A DNA stretch of 64,000 nucleotides from Eledone cirrhosa (GCA_964016885.1 OZ024746.1:45074001-45138000), one strand, 5' to 3'; numbered from the stretch's first letter, positions 14,683-28,001 are shown. The notes: generated by a model from the sequence alone, not told the origin. Program-made: numbers and translations.

Positions 14683-16624
14683 AGGACTATTGCTAATAAT
14701 TCAACACAATGTTTATAAAATCCTAACGGTCCCTTACAATTAAAAATATTAATGATTGTCACCTTTAAAGGCACTTTCATTATTCATATTTTAACGATAT
14801 ATATGGTATCAATCTTTTGCCATTTTACAGCACTGTAAATATTACAGGCAAAACAACTGAACGTATCTAAATAAATGTTATATGGCATAAGAAATATGAT
14901 GATATTATATTCCAAATGTGAATATATTTTATTCCAAATCTATGGACAATTAAACTAAAAAGCTCTCCTGATTTCAGATAATGAAAACAAAATTGAGTTA
15001 ACAAATAACACCATTATATGATATAAAACTGACTTCACACTGTCTGCACATTCGTCGATGCATTTTGTTACACCTATTTCTAAATGCACCTGAGATAACA
15101 TAATTATTTCAAATAAAGATTAATAGTCGCAGAATAATGCTCGTAACAGAAGTTAGAATTAGATATTCTGTGACAAATTATTGTAGGAAAATTGTATCTG
15201 TACACGAACTACAATGAAGCATGTAGTTTTGAAATGTTTATCTGAAACCTATTTCCCCTGTGAAGGGAAATGTTATTGCTTTGCAATCTTATATTTGGGT
15301 ATCTGGTAACCCTCATTGGTTGAAGTAATTATAAGACAAAATCGGTTGATAAGAGGGATATTTAGATTTAGAGAGAGGAAGCAGGCGAAAAAGTGAACAA
15401 TTACTGATAAGAATAGTGTGAGTTTCAAAAAGAAAACTTAACTGAAAGGAATCAGATAAAAATGTAATTTAAGTAAAGATTACATTGAATAAATGGAACA
15501 AGTTGAGCAGAGAATGGCATTAAAATTCGCAACTTTTCCGAAAAGTAAAGACATAAATCGTTTTTAAGAAAATGAGAAAGAAATTATTTCATTATTTAAG
15601 AGAAGATTTTTAAAATAGCTATTGAAATATACTACTGAATAAGAATTTGTGAAAATGATCTCTACTTGCTATTCATAACGGAAGTCACTAAACATGAGAA
15701 CTAAATTGTACAGTCATGTATTTAAATAAAGGGGAAAAAAGGGTGAATACAAATTGAAAAATCTATCGTTCGGAATAAATATCCACCTATGAAAATTGAT
15801 CAATCTCTTCACACATAGGAAAAACCAATATGCTTTTCCAATAAACTTCAGTTAAGCATGAATCACAGACACACATGAAGTTATTTTATCATTTTGAGTC
15901 ATAGGATAAATAATAAACGGTTAAGTTTTATCCACTAGCCAGGATTAAATTTATATTCTGCTGAAGTTGGCCGTAAACCCCTCATTTAAATGATTGGTCA
16001 CGTGTATCAATAATTCTCGCATTCGACAAAAGTGTCTCAAATTTAAATTTGAATATCTAAGACGAGAGTGGTCTGAAAGTCGTGAATCAGAAGGAACTTT
16101 GTAAATTATATTCTTTTTTCTAATTCCCCTCAGTTCTAAAATGTGTTTAAATCATTAAATTGTGAAGATAATCTTGGTTGAATGAGGCTTTCCTTTTACC
16201 ATTCTCCTTATTCAGAGAGTGAGGGCCTATTTGTGTGTATATACGTTATACAGAACTGTCCCTCAGGTATTTTTACCTTACCCATTTTTGACACACGTTA
16301 TCTACTCACCCACATTCCTATAACTGTTGAACCTTTTTTTTCATCAAGTTGCCTTGTAGACAAGGTCATTCCTAGTACATTCTAGTTTTGTTGGTTCTAT
16401 TTTCATGTATCATTTCCCAGTAGTTATATATTTTTAGCAACAAACATAACTGGAAAAATGTAGGTATCCTGCCGTTTCTTTATCGGACTTGCAATAGTCT
16501 GTCCAGAAGGCAGCCAATGAATGGATGGCTTATGTTTGTGCATGTTTCGTTTCGTATTGTAGTCGTCGGAGTATATATGAAATTTCCTCTAAAATCACAT
16601 AATTTTATGGTTATAGATAAAAAC

Positions 16625-16900
16625 TGATACTACGATGCAGCTGATTATTGAAGGAGAGCAAATCAAATGTGTTCAGAAATTTAGATATCTTGGAGTTATG
16701 TCTGGTGGTGGTGGCATTGGGGAAAGCTGATTCCGATCGAATATAGCGAAGCAAGCATTCCTATAGAACGCTCACATCACGTACATTAACCTCGATAGCT
16801 TTCCAATATTATGTTACTCAAAGCTTAGTCGGTATTCCGATACGATTAAGGATAGAGAAAGATGGAGGAGAATTGTTGATCGCATTGAATATCAGACATG
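16625..16900 (+). mobile_element. RTE-like LINE remnant
   Basis: Translates to QLIIEGEQIKCVQKFRYLG (RT thumb-side YLG motif) and, further on, DRERWRRIV (typical RTE C-terminus). Confidence 0.6.
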
Positions 16901-16912
16901 ATGGGGCATGAT

Positions 16913-16985
16913 AATCCCGTCGAGGTTAACTTTGCCTTTCATCCTTACGGGGTCGATAAAATACAGTACAGTAATGTACTGGGTA
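16913..16985 (+). mobile_element. SINE core fragment
   Basis: aatcccgtcgaggttaactttgcctttcatccttacggggtcgataaaat matches the 14.5-kb SINE. Confidence 0.75.
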
Positions 16986-18254
16986 TTTGCTGGCGTTGTG
17001 CCTAAAGTAGAAACAGTTATATTATATACATGTATACGTGCATACGTACATGCAAGAATCAATCCATCCAACCATCCATAAATCCATACATACATGTACT
17101 TGTATATATTTGGAACTGGGTGCCTGTGCACTAACATACACCCACATGTATATCGGTTGAGAGCCTTTGTGTGTAGATGTGTGTGTGTCCATTCGTACAT
17201 CTAGGTACATGTGCGTGCATGTATGGGAGTGCCGCTTGCGTTTGTGTGGCTGTATGTGCATGTGTTTTACATGTATCCTGAAGGATGATATTTCAAAGGG
17301 GACTCTACTGAAGTATCACCGGTGGAATAATCTGAATACGGCTGACGAAAGGGGCAGAATTAACGCGTCTCGGCAAACTCCGAATAACATGGAAGGTAAT
17401 AGACAGTTTGCCATGTATTTTATACAACATACTGTATTTACCTCTGCGATTACATTTTGAGGGCTCTTTATTTAGGGATTACTACCACACATACAGGCAA
17501 CAGTAACACACACACACATATGTATATATATATGTATGTGTGTGCGTCCTGTGTGTGTGTATGTGTGCGTCTAGATCTATGTATGTAGATGTCAGTGTAT
17601 ATGATTGCAAGTATGCATACTGATAGGATGAAATTTCTTATGCCATACTTTCCATATGAAATATGTCAACAGTCTACGTTAAACACTTAAAGTACATACG
17701 CAATCACTATTTCACTTTATGAAGATAATCATGCAATTCTTCCTCAGAATTATTACGAATTATGTATAAGAGAATTTCATCTCCCCTGTGATCTTTCTCA
17801 CACATCACTAGAAACTTAATACTTAAGCATGTTCAAAAGATTGTCATGATATTTAGTTATACCCCAAGCCGAAGGCTTTCTCTATTCATTCATATGTAAG
17901 TACTAAACTACAACGTTAAATATATTAGTCCTATTGTTGCTGATGATGTCACAGGATACACAAATGCGATAGCAATGTCTAACCTGGTAAACAAAATGTC
18001 ACATAAATCTAACTGTAAAAGAAACCTATTCGCTGTCATTCGGATTATTAGAAATAAAAGCTACATAGATACCAAATTGCCTATTTTATAACGTAGTCTC
18101 ATATTAACTTACTTATCTATGCTTGCAAACCAAATGTTTCAGTATAGATCTCTCTGGACAGAGCTGACAAGGAATTCAATAACGACAGTCGATTTTAATT
18201 GATTTTAATATTTGATTTATTAGTTATTGTATATATATATATATATATATATAA

Positions 18255-18481
18255 TTTTTTTTTTTTTTTTAAATATATATATTTATTTGGTTCCTTTACC
18301 GGTTTCGCAGTTCTTCTGCTTTTCAAAAGGTGAGTTGAGATGGAGGGTCTGTGGTTTTTCTCACATCAGATGTGAGAAAAATCACAGACCCTCCATCTCA
18401 ACTCACCTTTTGAAAAGCAGAAGAACTGCGAAACCGGTAAAGGAACCAAATAAATATATATATTTAAAAAAAAAAAAAAAA
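18255..18481. repeat. ~227-bp palindrome (centre 18368, one mismatch) containing a degenerate hammerhead
   Basis: Arms are reverse complements; 18406-18443 = cctt-TTGAAAA-gcag(aagaa)ctgc-GAAAC-cg-GTA-aagg. Confidence 0.9.
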
Positions 18482-18560
18482 AAAAGACTCCAGTTGCATT
18501 TTCGATTTCATCTCTTTTTCTTTCACTCGTGTAGGACACCTCGGTTATTTTTCATTTTGT

Positions 18561-18574
18561 AAAAAAAACCTCAC

Positions 18575-18612
<38 letters not shown>

Positions 18613-18660
18613 GTGAGGTTTTTTTTATGGTCCACCTGGTTCCTTACCACATTTCCTTCG

Positions 18661-18696
<36 letters not shown>

Positions 18697-18732
18697 CGAA
18701 GGAAATGTGGTAAGGAACCAGGTGGACCATAA
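18561..18732. repeat. Two adjacent inverted duplications, each centred on a (TA)n run
   Basis: aaaaaaaacctcactttctaa/(TA)n/ttagaaagtgaggtttttttt and ttatggtccacctggttccttaccacatttccttcgt/(TA)n/its reverse complement. Confidence 0.9.
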
Positions 18733-18776
18733 CGCACCAAAGTACTCAATACTTAGGGTAGTAGAGTGGGTAATAG

Positions 18777-18886
18777 GAACGAGTAGGACCCCGACGGCTG
18801 AGCTTAAGCCGTTTCGACGGCTACTTCTGGACTCAGAATTAGCCGTCGAAACGGCTTGAGCTCATCCGTCGGGGTCCTACTCGTTC
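18777..18886. repeat. 110-bp imperfect palindrome retaining the GAAAC half of a hammerhead
   Basis: gaacgagtaggaccccgacgg...ccgtcggggtcctactcgttc; related arm at ~19708-19745. Confidence 0.85.
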
Positions 18887-18946
<60 letters not shown>

Positions 18947-19201
18947 GAGTTAAACAATATTCAATGAGTATGTCAAAGAATGAGTTTTACAGTAGATTGG
19001 AAGCACTCTACGAAAAAATAATTTTCCGGAGTTATTAATATATATATATATTAAGGAGTTGACGGACCCATCATATTTATCAATGCCAGGACCGGTTGTA
19101 GCTCAGCGTACTCAATAGGTAATGTAGGATACATTCCCAGTAGTATACACATAGTTATTCGCTTCAATACAACACACGTAAAACGGGTGCCTATAATAGT
19201 T

Positions 19202-19295
19202 CCCGTACTCGAGTTTCGGCCACACTTAATGCAGCAGTTGGGTGCACTGCACCTTCTGTCTGCATATAATTGCCGTATGTGGCTTCATCAGCGGG
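19202..19295 (-). ncRNA. Type-I hammerhead ribozyme (PLE/retrozyme-type)
   Basis: Minus strand cccg-CTGATGA-agccaca...tgtggcc-GAAAC-tcga-GTA-cggg: complete core, stems I and II, palindromic stem III, GUA cleavage triplet. Confidence 0.8.
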
Positions 19296-19656
19296 TATCG
19301 CCTAATCAATAACCAATCGATCGACAGAATCCAAACCCCAGCCCATGCCGGCTATGACTGTTTGTGACGTCCGACACAGTAAAGTGATTAGCAACTGGAA
19401 TCCGATACAATTCTGTCTCTCACCCAGCCACCCATTTACAAACTTTACTTGGTGGCGGGAGAATAGAAAACAAATATTTTCGTTCCCGTCAAAAATCCTC
19501 AGCCAACGTGTCTCAAACACAAATTAATAAGAAGCGAAAAGATGGTTACTAGAAAGAGCAGTCCCACATCGATGTATAATAGAATGGTAGCATTCAGCTC
19601 ATGTCTCCAAGTCCCATGGCTAGAGGAAAGAGATAGTAACAATGGTAATGCCAAGA

Positions 19657-19702
<46 letters not shown>

Positions 19703-20915
19703 AAAAGGTACGACCCCGACGGCAGAGCTCAATCCGTTTCGACGACAATATATATATATACACACATATGTATGTAGTGTGAATCGAACTTTTTACCCGT
19801 ACAATCATCCCTGTTACTAATGTAAAAATAACATATGCATATTCTCCACAATATAATTTATAATCATAATTATAAATGTTTCGACAAATACGATCTGATA
19901 TATTGCGCTATTATTACACTCCGCAGCAAAATATCGATGTCACTCCACTAGTTGAATTACATGTATAATGTAGCACACGAGTAAATAGGGAAAATTAGTA
20001 TATCTAAATATTATATGGAAATATTTACTTCCATTTATCATCTTTGTTTTCTCTTCGTAGTTTATGTTAGCATTTGTTAAAACCTATTCCAAATGTTCCA
20101 CATATTAATATATCTCTTTCAAGCATAATTCTAATGTTTCAAATTGTTCTTTCTATTATACTGTGGTCTTATCTCTATTATTTACAGTTGTTTAATTTGA
20201 GTACAATGATATAATCTGATTTCATAAACTACTGAAATCTGATTTCTATATATAGTAGATCTGAGTACCATCAAAAATCTCTGATGCTTAACTTCGTTGG
20301 TCCACCAGGAAGCACTTCTTGTTATGCCAACTGACTATTTTATAGCAGTTAGCTATTTATATATATGGCGTTAACGATTTGTCGTCGTTAGGTTCTAAGA
20401 AGTAAAATCCTCCTATAAATGATTATCTCTTTTTACAGATATTTCAGTGTAATGGCCCAGAATAGATTCAATCACAAATAAATGCTTTTGTGATGAAACA
20501 AAATACAAAATTGTAGTTAATAAAAGGCAGAGCATAATTCCTTTGTCACGAAAGTTGTCAATAAAATATGTAACAGTCTTTTCAGTTCTTTTGTCTATAT
20601 CGAATATACTCATGGCTTTGAAATTTGTATTTTCCCATTTTGATTTCGATTTCCGAATATACATATATTTAATAGAAACCATTCTTTCGAGTTTTCTTTT
20701 TCTCAATTCTTTCTTTCAATTTCTTTCTTTGGTGGATTAGGTTTCTTAGAATGCAATATTTGTTTATTCGAAGTATTTACTAGGGAAATATAGAATAACG
20801 TTAGTCATACATGTCAATATATTTTATTGTTCTAGATTTATTTCTCCGCCTCATTGTCACAGTTGAGCTGTGATTGCTAGCGTAACAATAGAAGAATTTA
20901 AAGACAACATTGTTG

Positions 20916-20935
20916 TTATTATTATTATTATTATT
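20916..20935. repeat. (TTA)n tract, left edge of the retrotransposon array
   Basis: Similar tracts separate all elements: ~21884-21925, 28004-28042, 34018-34053, 36625-36653, 42519-42554, 47065-47130, 50271-50302, 51559-51600. Confidence 0.95.
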
Positions 20936-21882
20936 GGAAACTGGAATGTCTTCAGGCGCGCACAGCCCTCGGCCAATCGGGCAATGTGATCGGTGGAAAC
21001 TCCACCTTGGCGTTCTATAGGGGATTAGTTGAGGGAAAGAGCGACGACGTACTTGGAGAAACTCTAGGCGTCGACGAAAATCAACTAGCCAATCTCTTCG
21101 GAAGGACTTTCGGGCCGGGGCCTATGGTCAACTTCCAGAAATCCCTGGCCTGGCAGTGCTACCGAGGAGCTTTGCCAGTTCGGGATAAACTCTACAGGCA
21201 TGGAGGTGCCGTCAGCCGGGCATGTCCGAGATGCGCGCAGGGCGACGAAACCGTCCTGCACGCACTCGTCCAGTGTCCGAGCATTGCTGACTTATGGGTT
21301 TATGTCGAACACCTGCTGTCACGTGTAGGACGGATCCAGCTATCAGCTGAGTCCATCGTGAGGATTGCCCCGCCCCCTTCCTTTAGCCGGGAAGGGCAGG
21401 CAGTTTTTATCTGTCTGGTGGCCATGGCGAAAGAGATAGTATGGTGGACACGTTTGAAAGGGCTGAAGACGAGCACTTACCTCTTCGGTGATGCCCTGAT
21501 TAGCTTTTTCAAATTTCATTTGAAAAGGAAAGTCAGGGTAGAGAGGGAAGTGCTCTCTTCCCAGCATTTTGTTGAAAGATGGGTGAGAGAAGCAAGTATG
21601 GCCCGAATGAATGGGCCTTCTCTGAGTATGTGTCTGTAAATTAAAGGTGGAAAACTGGGAGAGGGCACTTGCCCTTGTGGTCAGGGCCACTGTGGTCTTT
21701 TAATGGGCTTTCTCCACAAATGTCCCTCGGAAGTCTCCCCCCTATTGGGGAATTTTTCTTTGTTATTTTATTTCATCCGCTGTGTTTTTTACACGCAGAA
21801 ATGCCCATTTGTACCGTCCTGTATTGTCCTGTACTGTCCTTAATGTCTACTTTATGTAAACCCTTGTGGTTAATAAAGAAAA

Positions 21883-21883
<1 letters not shown>
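20936..21883 (+). mobile_element. 5'-truncated L1/Tx1-like LINE (ORF2 C-terminus and 3'UTR)
   Basis: ORF 20986-21639 with CPRCAQGDETVLHALVQC zinc finger; AATAAA then (TTA)n. Confidence 0.9.
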
Positions 21884-21925
<42 letters not shown>

Positions 21926-22142
21926 GTTGAATGCTATGGTTGACGGAGGCTCGGCTCTGTAAGGTACAGTAATTTTTAACCGCTATAACAATTGTAAATT
22001 GTTTAAAACTTTAACCAAGTTGTAGATAAAAACACCCTCCTCCTCGTGAGATGGGTCTTTCTGCCCGTTATTTGGCCCTTCGGGGTTAAATAACCGCTTA
22101 TTCGGGTTTTGTGCCCAATATTCATTTTAAACCAAAAAAAAC

Positions 22143-24294
22143 ATGGCTACAAAAAAGAATTTTCACAAGTCACTCCCACTCATTCCGTCTTCTTCTTCCT
22201 CAATCGTCACTACATCAGAGAGAAGATTGTCTCTCTCCCTCCCTTCTCTAAATGTGTCTCTCTCCCTCGCGTCTCTTTCGCAAGCGACGCCAGTAAAGAA
22301 AAAGAAAAATATAGTTTCTGATAGTTTCCTCGCGCACGTGCAAACCGAGGAACATTTCTCCACGACGACGACAACGACGAATAATGTGTGCGGTAAATAC
22401 GGAAACCCATTTCATTCGTCTGACGTCATGAATAATAGCAGTAGCTGCCGTAATAACAGCAGCAGCAGCAACAGTGACAAGGAAAACAATAGTAGCAGCC
22501 GCAACAGCAGCAGCAGCAGCATAAACAACAACAGCATTAGCAGCAACAACAACAGCAGCAGCAGCAACAACAACAACCACAGCAACAGCGGTAGCGGCAG
22601 TGGTAGTACCAGTAGCAACAACAAAAGTAACAGCAGCTCTGACGACAACAATAACGACAAGAAAGAAAAACCAATCTCGTTTGCAGGTATCGCAAAGAAC
22701 CTGGAAACCATCCTTATAACAAATGAGGAATTACAGGAAGCAAAGAAGATGGTGACGAAAACCGGACACCGAGCAAACGCAAGGCAGCCGAAAAACTTTT
22801 CGAACCCAACAGCACTGTACGGTCACGTACCGTACAGTAAGCACAAAATCCCGTAGTGTTGAAAGAGCCAAAGAGGCTCAAATACAAAAAGCCTTAGGGT
22901 CTGTGTGGCAGCGGAAAACGCATATCACCCGAGGCAAGAAATATGCCACCGTAGACGTGCTTTTTGCCACACCCCAGGAGGCAAAGGCTCAATCCTTAGT
23001 GACCCTAAGGAGCGAGGAAATGGTGTTGGTGCCCTCCTACTGCGGGAAAAAACTTGTAAGGGTCATACTGACTCCCCGGGTGGGCCCTTTCTTGTCTGGG
23101 CGCGTCTGTCCTCGTCGGAATAGAGGACAAAACAACTGTACTGCAAGTACAGAAAAAGTGAGAGAAGATTGGGTCGGCACCTCCATTGAGATGTTAATCT
23201 AAACCAACCAGGAGTGCTTCGAAGCTATCACGGATGTGATAGACTTCGATAACGGCACTCAACTGCCCATAAGTGTTGAGGGCAAACGCCCGAAATGCTT
23301 TCACTGTGGATCGAAGACTCACCTCAGGGCCCTTTGCAATGAGAAGACCCTGAGAAAGGAGAAAACCCCCCTCCTTCCGAAGCCGGCTCCACTGCTACCA
23401 GCAACAGGACAAGCGGCAATCAGGAACGATAGGTCCGTGGCACCCATACCCACGCCACGGAAATCAAGAACAGCAGCAGCAGTGGAAGTATTAACAACAA
23501 CAACAGTAATACCAAATGCAGCTGCAACAGAGACTCCACTGCAAACATCACCAACAACAACAAGTGAAAGAGTGGAGCTGGTACCCCTCCCCGACCTCAC
23601 AGAACCAGACATTGGGTGTGAGGTGGGAGAGGGATGGCAAAAGGTCGCAAGAAGGCACAAACGCAGAAGCAGCACATCGTCGCCTTCGAAAAGGGAGGAA
23701 AGAAAGGAAAAAAGGTTAAAGGTTACTGCAAAGAGACTAAAAGCAGCAACACCACCAACACCATCACCACCATCGCCACCATCACTAGCACCACCATCAC
23801 CACCGGCAACAACCCCACCGCCAACAACAACAACACCGTCAACACCACCACTACAAGCACCAACATCGCAAACACAAAAAAACACACACACCCAGCAACA
23901 ACGACAAGAAAATAGCAGAACCACACCCCACTCCCAGAAAAACAAATGCACAGCAATAAATATACACAAGAAATTAATGACTTACATAATTGAACACACA
24001 GATATTTCACAGCACGACTACATAATACCAGCACCAATCAAAACACCAACGAACATAAGACTGGTAAAAATAGCACAGAAACAATACACAAACATTAAAA
24101 CGAAATTCCCCAACGCTGTTGGTGATCTCAGAGACCTAGGAGGGACACTCAACCGGAGGGTATATTCGGATATACTTACAGAAGTGCCAACGACCAGCCG
24201 AAGGGGCGATTCAACAGTCCCTTCACCAGACGACCAGCCGAAGGGGCGATTCAACAGTCCCTTCACCAGACGATCAAGTGAAAAGGGATGGTGA
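22143..24294 (+). pseudogene. ORF1 (gag-like) of A1, frameshifted
   Basis: Fragments 22143-22856, 22903-23202 and 23236-24294; Ser/Asn-rich N-terminus, RRM-like RGKKYATVDVLF segment, CX2CX4HX4C, Pro/Thr-rich tail. Confidence 0.8.
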
Positions 24295-24362
24295 AACCAT
24301 CCTTCCTCTGCGAGAAGAAGTAAGGTAAGTGGTCTTCACCATCTTTTCCACTCTATTTCAAC

Positions 24363-27300
24363 ATGACCTCACTCAGAATAGGCAGCATAAATGCGCGTGG
24401 CATGGGGTCGTCATGGAAGCAGGGACCCCTGCTCAACGACCTCAGGTCACTAAACATAGATGTAGTGGCCATCAGCGAGACCAGAATCTTCGAAGCACGG
24501 GCCTTCGCACCGATCTTCAGCGGCTACGATGTGTAAGCATCTCCCAGCCGTCCTGGATCGGGGTGAAGGAGTTGCTGCGCTTTTTCGGAGAGGTTTGGAA
24601 CTCGCCATACGGGCCATCTTCCTGGACCCAGAAGGTAAGTTGGTGGTGCTGGACGTTACCAGCGGAAACGGGCAAGCTTTCAGGCTAGTGGCCGTCTATG
24701 TCCCGACAGGAGCAGGGCGGCCTGATTTCTTCCGGCGTCTGGAGAACTTTCTTGGAACGTCCCGCTCGTTAGTGTTAGTGGGCGACTGGAACGGGATCTT
24801 AGATGCAAGCTGGGACTGTGTGGGATCAGCGGATAGGGGAGAAGGGTGCAATAGCCTCACCAACCTGCTCAGGCGTTTTGAACTGTCTGACAGGTACCGA
24901 TTGGATTTCCCGGATTTGCCAATGTGGACTTGGACAAATCGCATTGGGTCATCCAGATCATATCTAGATAGAGTATTTTGTAGGGAAATAGATAGGTCTT
25001 GCATAGGCTGTCCACAATTCAAGATAGTCAGCTACACGGACCACAAATTCGTGATCTGTGTGCTTGACTGCTTGACTTAGATAGGCCTCATAGAGGAGGA
25101 CCCGGATACTGGAAGCTAAACGGGACCTTACCAGCGCGCAAGGCCTACAAAGAACGGATTAGCGAACTAGTTAAGCGGACGTTGACGGGGGCCATCGTCA
25201 ACAAGTGGTGGTTTGCTCTGAAAAGAGCGATTAGAATATAGTCAATTAGGTTTAGTAAGGCTTTAGCAATAGAGAAAAATAGAGCAGAGGGAGAATTAGT
25301 TAGAAAACTAGCCGAGGTGCTTAGCAAAGGCATCGCGACCGACGTACTTGCGGCGAAATTGGCCCTTGACCAATTCTTCAATGCAAAGCACGAAGGCTGC
25401 GTTGTCAAAGCTAGGGTGCGTACTCTCAGACACGAGGGGACGAAAGCCGTTCAATGGGCCACGATCCGGTCTTTGGTGAACCACGCCGGGCGCATGCTAC
25501 TCGATCCCGGGCAAATGTGTGAAGCTTTTTAGCGACATTTCGCACAGCTGTTCGGGGGCAGCGGCGGGCCGGATCGAGGGTTGGACGTTAGTGTTTACCT
25601 AGACGGACTGCCGCGGCTCGGCCACTGAGGCGGAGTGTTGCGAAAGCCGATAACAGCCGCTGAAGTACGGGAGGCAATGACTGGCTGCACAACGGGTAAA
25701 TCGCCTGGTTTGGATGGTCTTCCCTATTAACTTTACGTACAGATGCCAGACCTGTTCGGAGGCCTCTTGGCGGACGTCTACTGCAACTGGCAACAGAACG
25801 GGAGAATTCCCAGCTCTGTGAGCCGAGGAGCGGTGGCGCTGCTAAGAAAGGATCCGAACAAGGGGGATAACATAGATAATTTCAGGCCCATAACTCTGCT
25901 AAACACGGCGTTCAAGATTTTGGCCAAGAGGTTGGCGCTTGTCGTTGGTGGTCTGGTGGGAGAGGCGCAGACATGCGCAATTCCCGACAGATCCATCCAC
26001 GACAACCTCCACCTCATGCGATACATCGTAGAGAGGGTAGCTAGGGAACCTGGCACGGGTGGGTCCTTGATCAATTTAGATCAGTCGAAAGCTTTCGATA
26101 GGGTCGACCATCGTTACCTAGCGGCAGTCCTGAGGGCGGCTGGCTTTGGGCCCGTCTTCAGAGGCTGGATCGCTGCCATGCACAGCGACATCTGCTCTGT
26201 GGTGAGAGTGAACGGTCACCTGTCGGAACCGTTCAACATCATGCGCTCGGTCCGCCAAGGATGTCCCCTCTCGTCCCTCTTGTACGTATTGACTCTCGAG
26301 CCATTACTGCACAAACTGGAGACGTTGAGGGGAGTCCCGCGCGAACTAGGATGCGGAAGATCCGTGTCAGCATATGCGGACGATGTCACCGTAGTGGTGT
26401 CGAACGCCAAACACATCGAGGCGATCGGCACTACACTAAGAGAATACGAAGCGGTGACAGGAGCAATGATCAACCAGGAAAAGTCAGTGGGCCTGCAGCT
26501 CGGCACCTGGAGAGGCAGGTCCATGCCGTCCAACAGCGTCGTCGGGCGCTGGACGGACGGACCGGTTAAATTGCTAGGGGTCTGGTTCGGTCCGGACCTC
26601 CAGACGGACAAAAACTGGGACGAGGTGACGAGCAGGGTGGCTTCTCTCACCCAGAAATGGGCGGAGAGGAAGCTATCCCTGAAAGGTCGAGCGGAGGTGG
26701 CTAACGCGTACATCGCGTCTGTCATCTGCTACCGCCTAACCGTCGTACCTTGTCCTAAGCCTCGCCTGACTGCGCTGGAGCGTTTGCTCTTTCGCTTTTT
26801 GTGGATGGGACGTGCTCCGATGGTCAGGCGGTCCATCTGTTGTCAACACCCGCTACGTGGAGGGCTGGGCATGCCGTGGCTGATGATGCGCAGGCACGCG
26901 CTCAGGCTACGACATCTCCACCTCTTCCTCGACGGTGATCAGGTGTGGTCGCCGTTTGCTAGACGCGTTTTTCCCCAGCTCGTTTCCTTGACGGAGCTGC
27001 AGTCCTGGGTCAAGCGAAGACCGAGAGGGAGCGCCTGGAGACTGGAATGTCTTCAGGCGCTCACAGCCCTCGACCAATCGGGCAATGTGATCGGTGGAAA
27101 CTCCACCTCGGCGTTCTATAGAGGATTAGTGGAGGGGAAGAGCGACGACGTACTTGGGGAAACTCTAGGCGTCGACGAAAATCAACTAGCCAATCTCTTC
27201 GGAAGAACTTTCGGGCCAGGGCCTATGGACAACTTCCAGAAATCTCTGGCCTGGCAGTGCTACCGAGGAGCCTTGCCAGTTCGGGATAAACTCTACAGGC

Positions 27301-27740
27301 ATGGAGGTGCCGTCAGCCGGGCATGTCCGAGATGCGCGCAGGGCGACGAAACCGTCCTGCACGCACTCGTCCAGTGTCCGAAAATTGCTGACTTGTGGGT
27401 TTATGTCGAACACCTGCTGTCGCGTTTAGGACGGATCCAGCTATCATCTGAGTCTATCGTGAGGATTGCCCCGCCCTCCTCCTTTAGCCGGGAAGGGCAG
27501 GCAGTTTTTATCTGTCTGGTGGCCATGGCGAAAGAGATAGTATGGTGGACACGTTTGAAAGGGCTGAAGACGAGCACTTACCTCTTCGGTGATGCTCTGA
27601 TTGACTTTTTCAAATTTCATTTGAAAAGGAAAATCAGAGTAGAGAAGGAAGTGCTCTCTTCCCAGCATTTTGTTGAAAGATGGGTGAGAGAAGCAAGAAT
27701 GGCCCGAGTGAATGGGCCGACTCTGAGTATATATCTGTAA
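24363..27740 (+). pseudogene. ORF2 of A1: APE endonuclease + reverse transcriptase + C-terminal zinc finger; 5' half broken, 25743-27740 open
   Basis: MTSLRIGSINARG, GDWN, YLDR, TDH (APE); FRPITLLN, DQSKAFDRVDH, QGCPLS, YADD (RT). Confidence 0.92.
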
Positions 27741-28001
27741 ACTAAAGGTGGAAAACTGGGAGAGGGCACTTGCCTTGGTGGTCAGGGTCATTGTGGCTTT
27801 TTACTGGGCTTTCTCCACAAATGTCCCTCCGAAGTCTCCCCCCTATTGGGGAATTTTTCATTGTTATTTTCATTGTTATTTTTGTTACATCCTCTATTTT
27901 TGTTTTTTTTACACGCAGAAATGCCCATTTGTACCGTCCTGCATTGTCCTGCACTGTCCTTAATGTCTACTTTATGTAAACCCTTGTGGTTAATAAAGAA
28001 A

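Noticed and set aside
17335-17400. CTGACGA...GAAT possible hammerhead
   Set aside because: Core mutated and stems I and III cannot be formed convincingly
21950-21985. Spliced-leader RNA-like GTAAG plus U-rich (Sm-like) motif in the element leaders
   Set aside because: Not conserved in all leaders (B has gcaaag) and no SL stem-loops seen; kept only as part of the shared-leader motif
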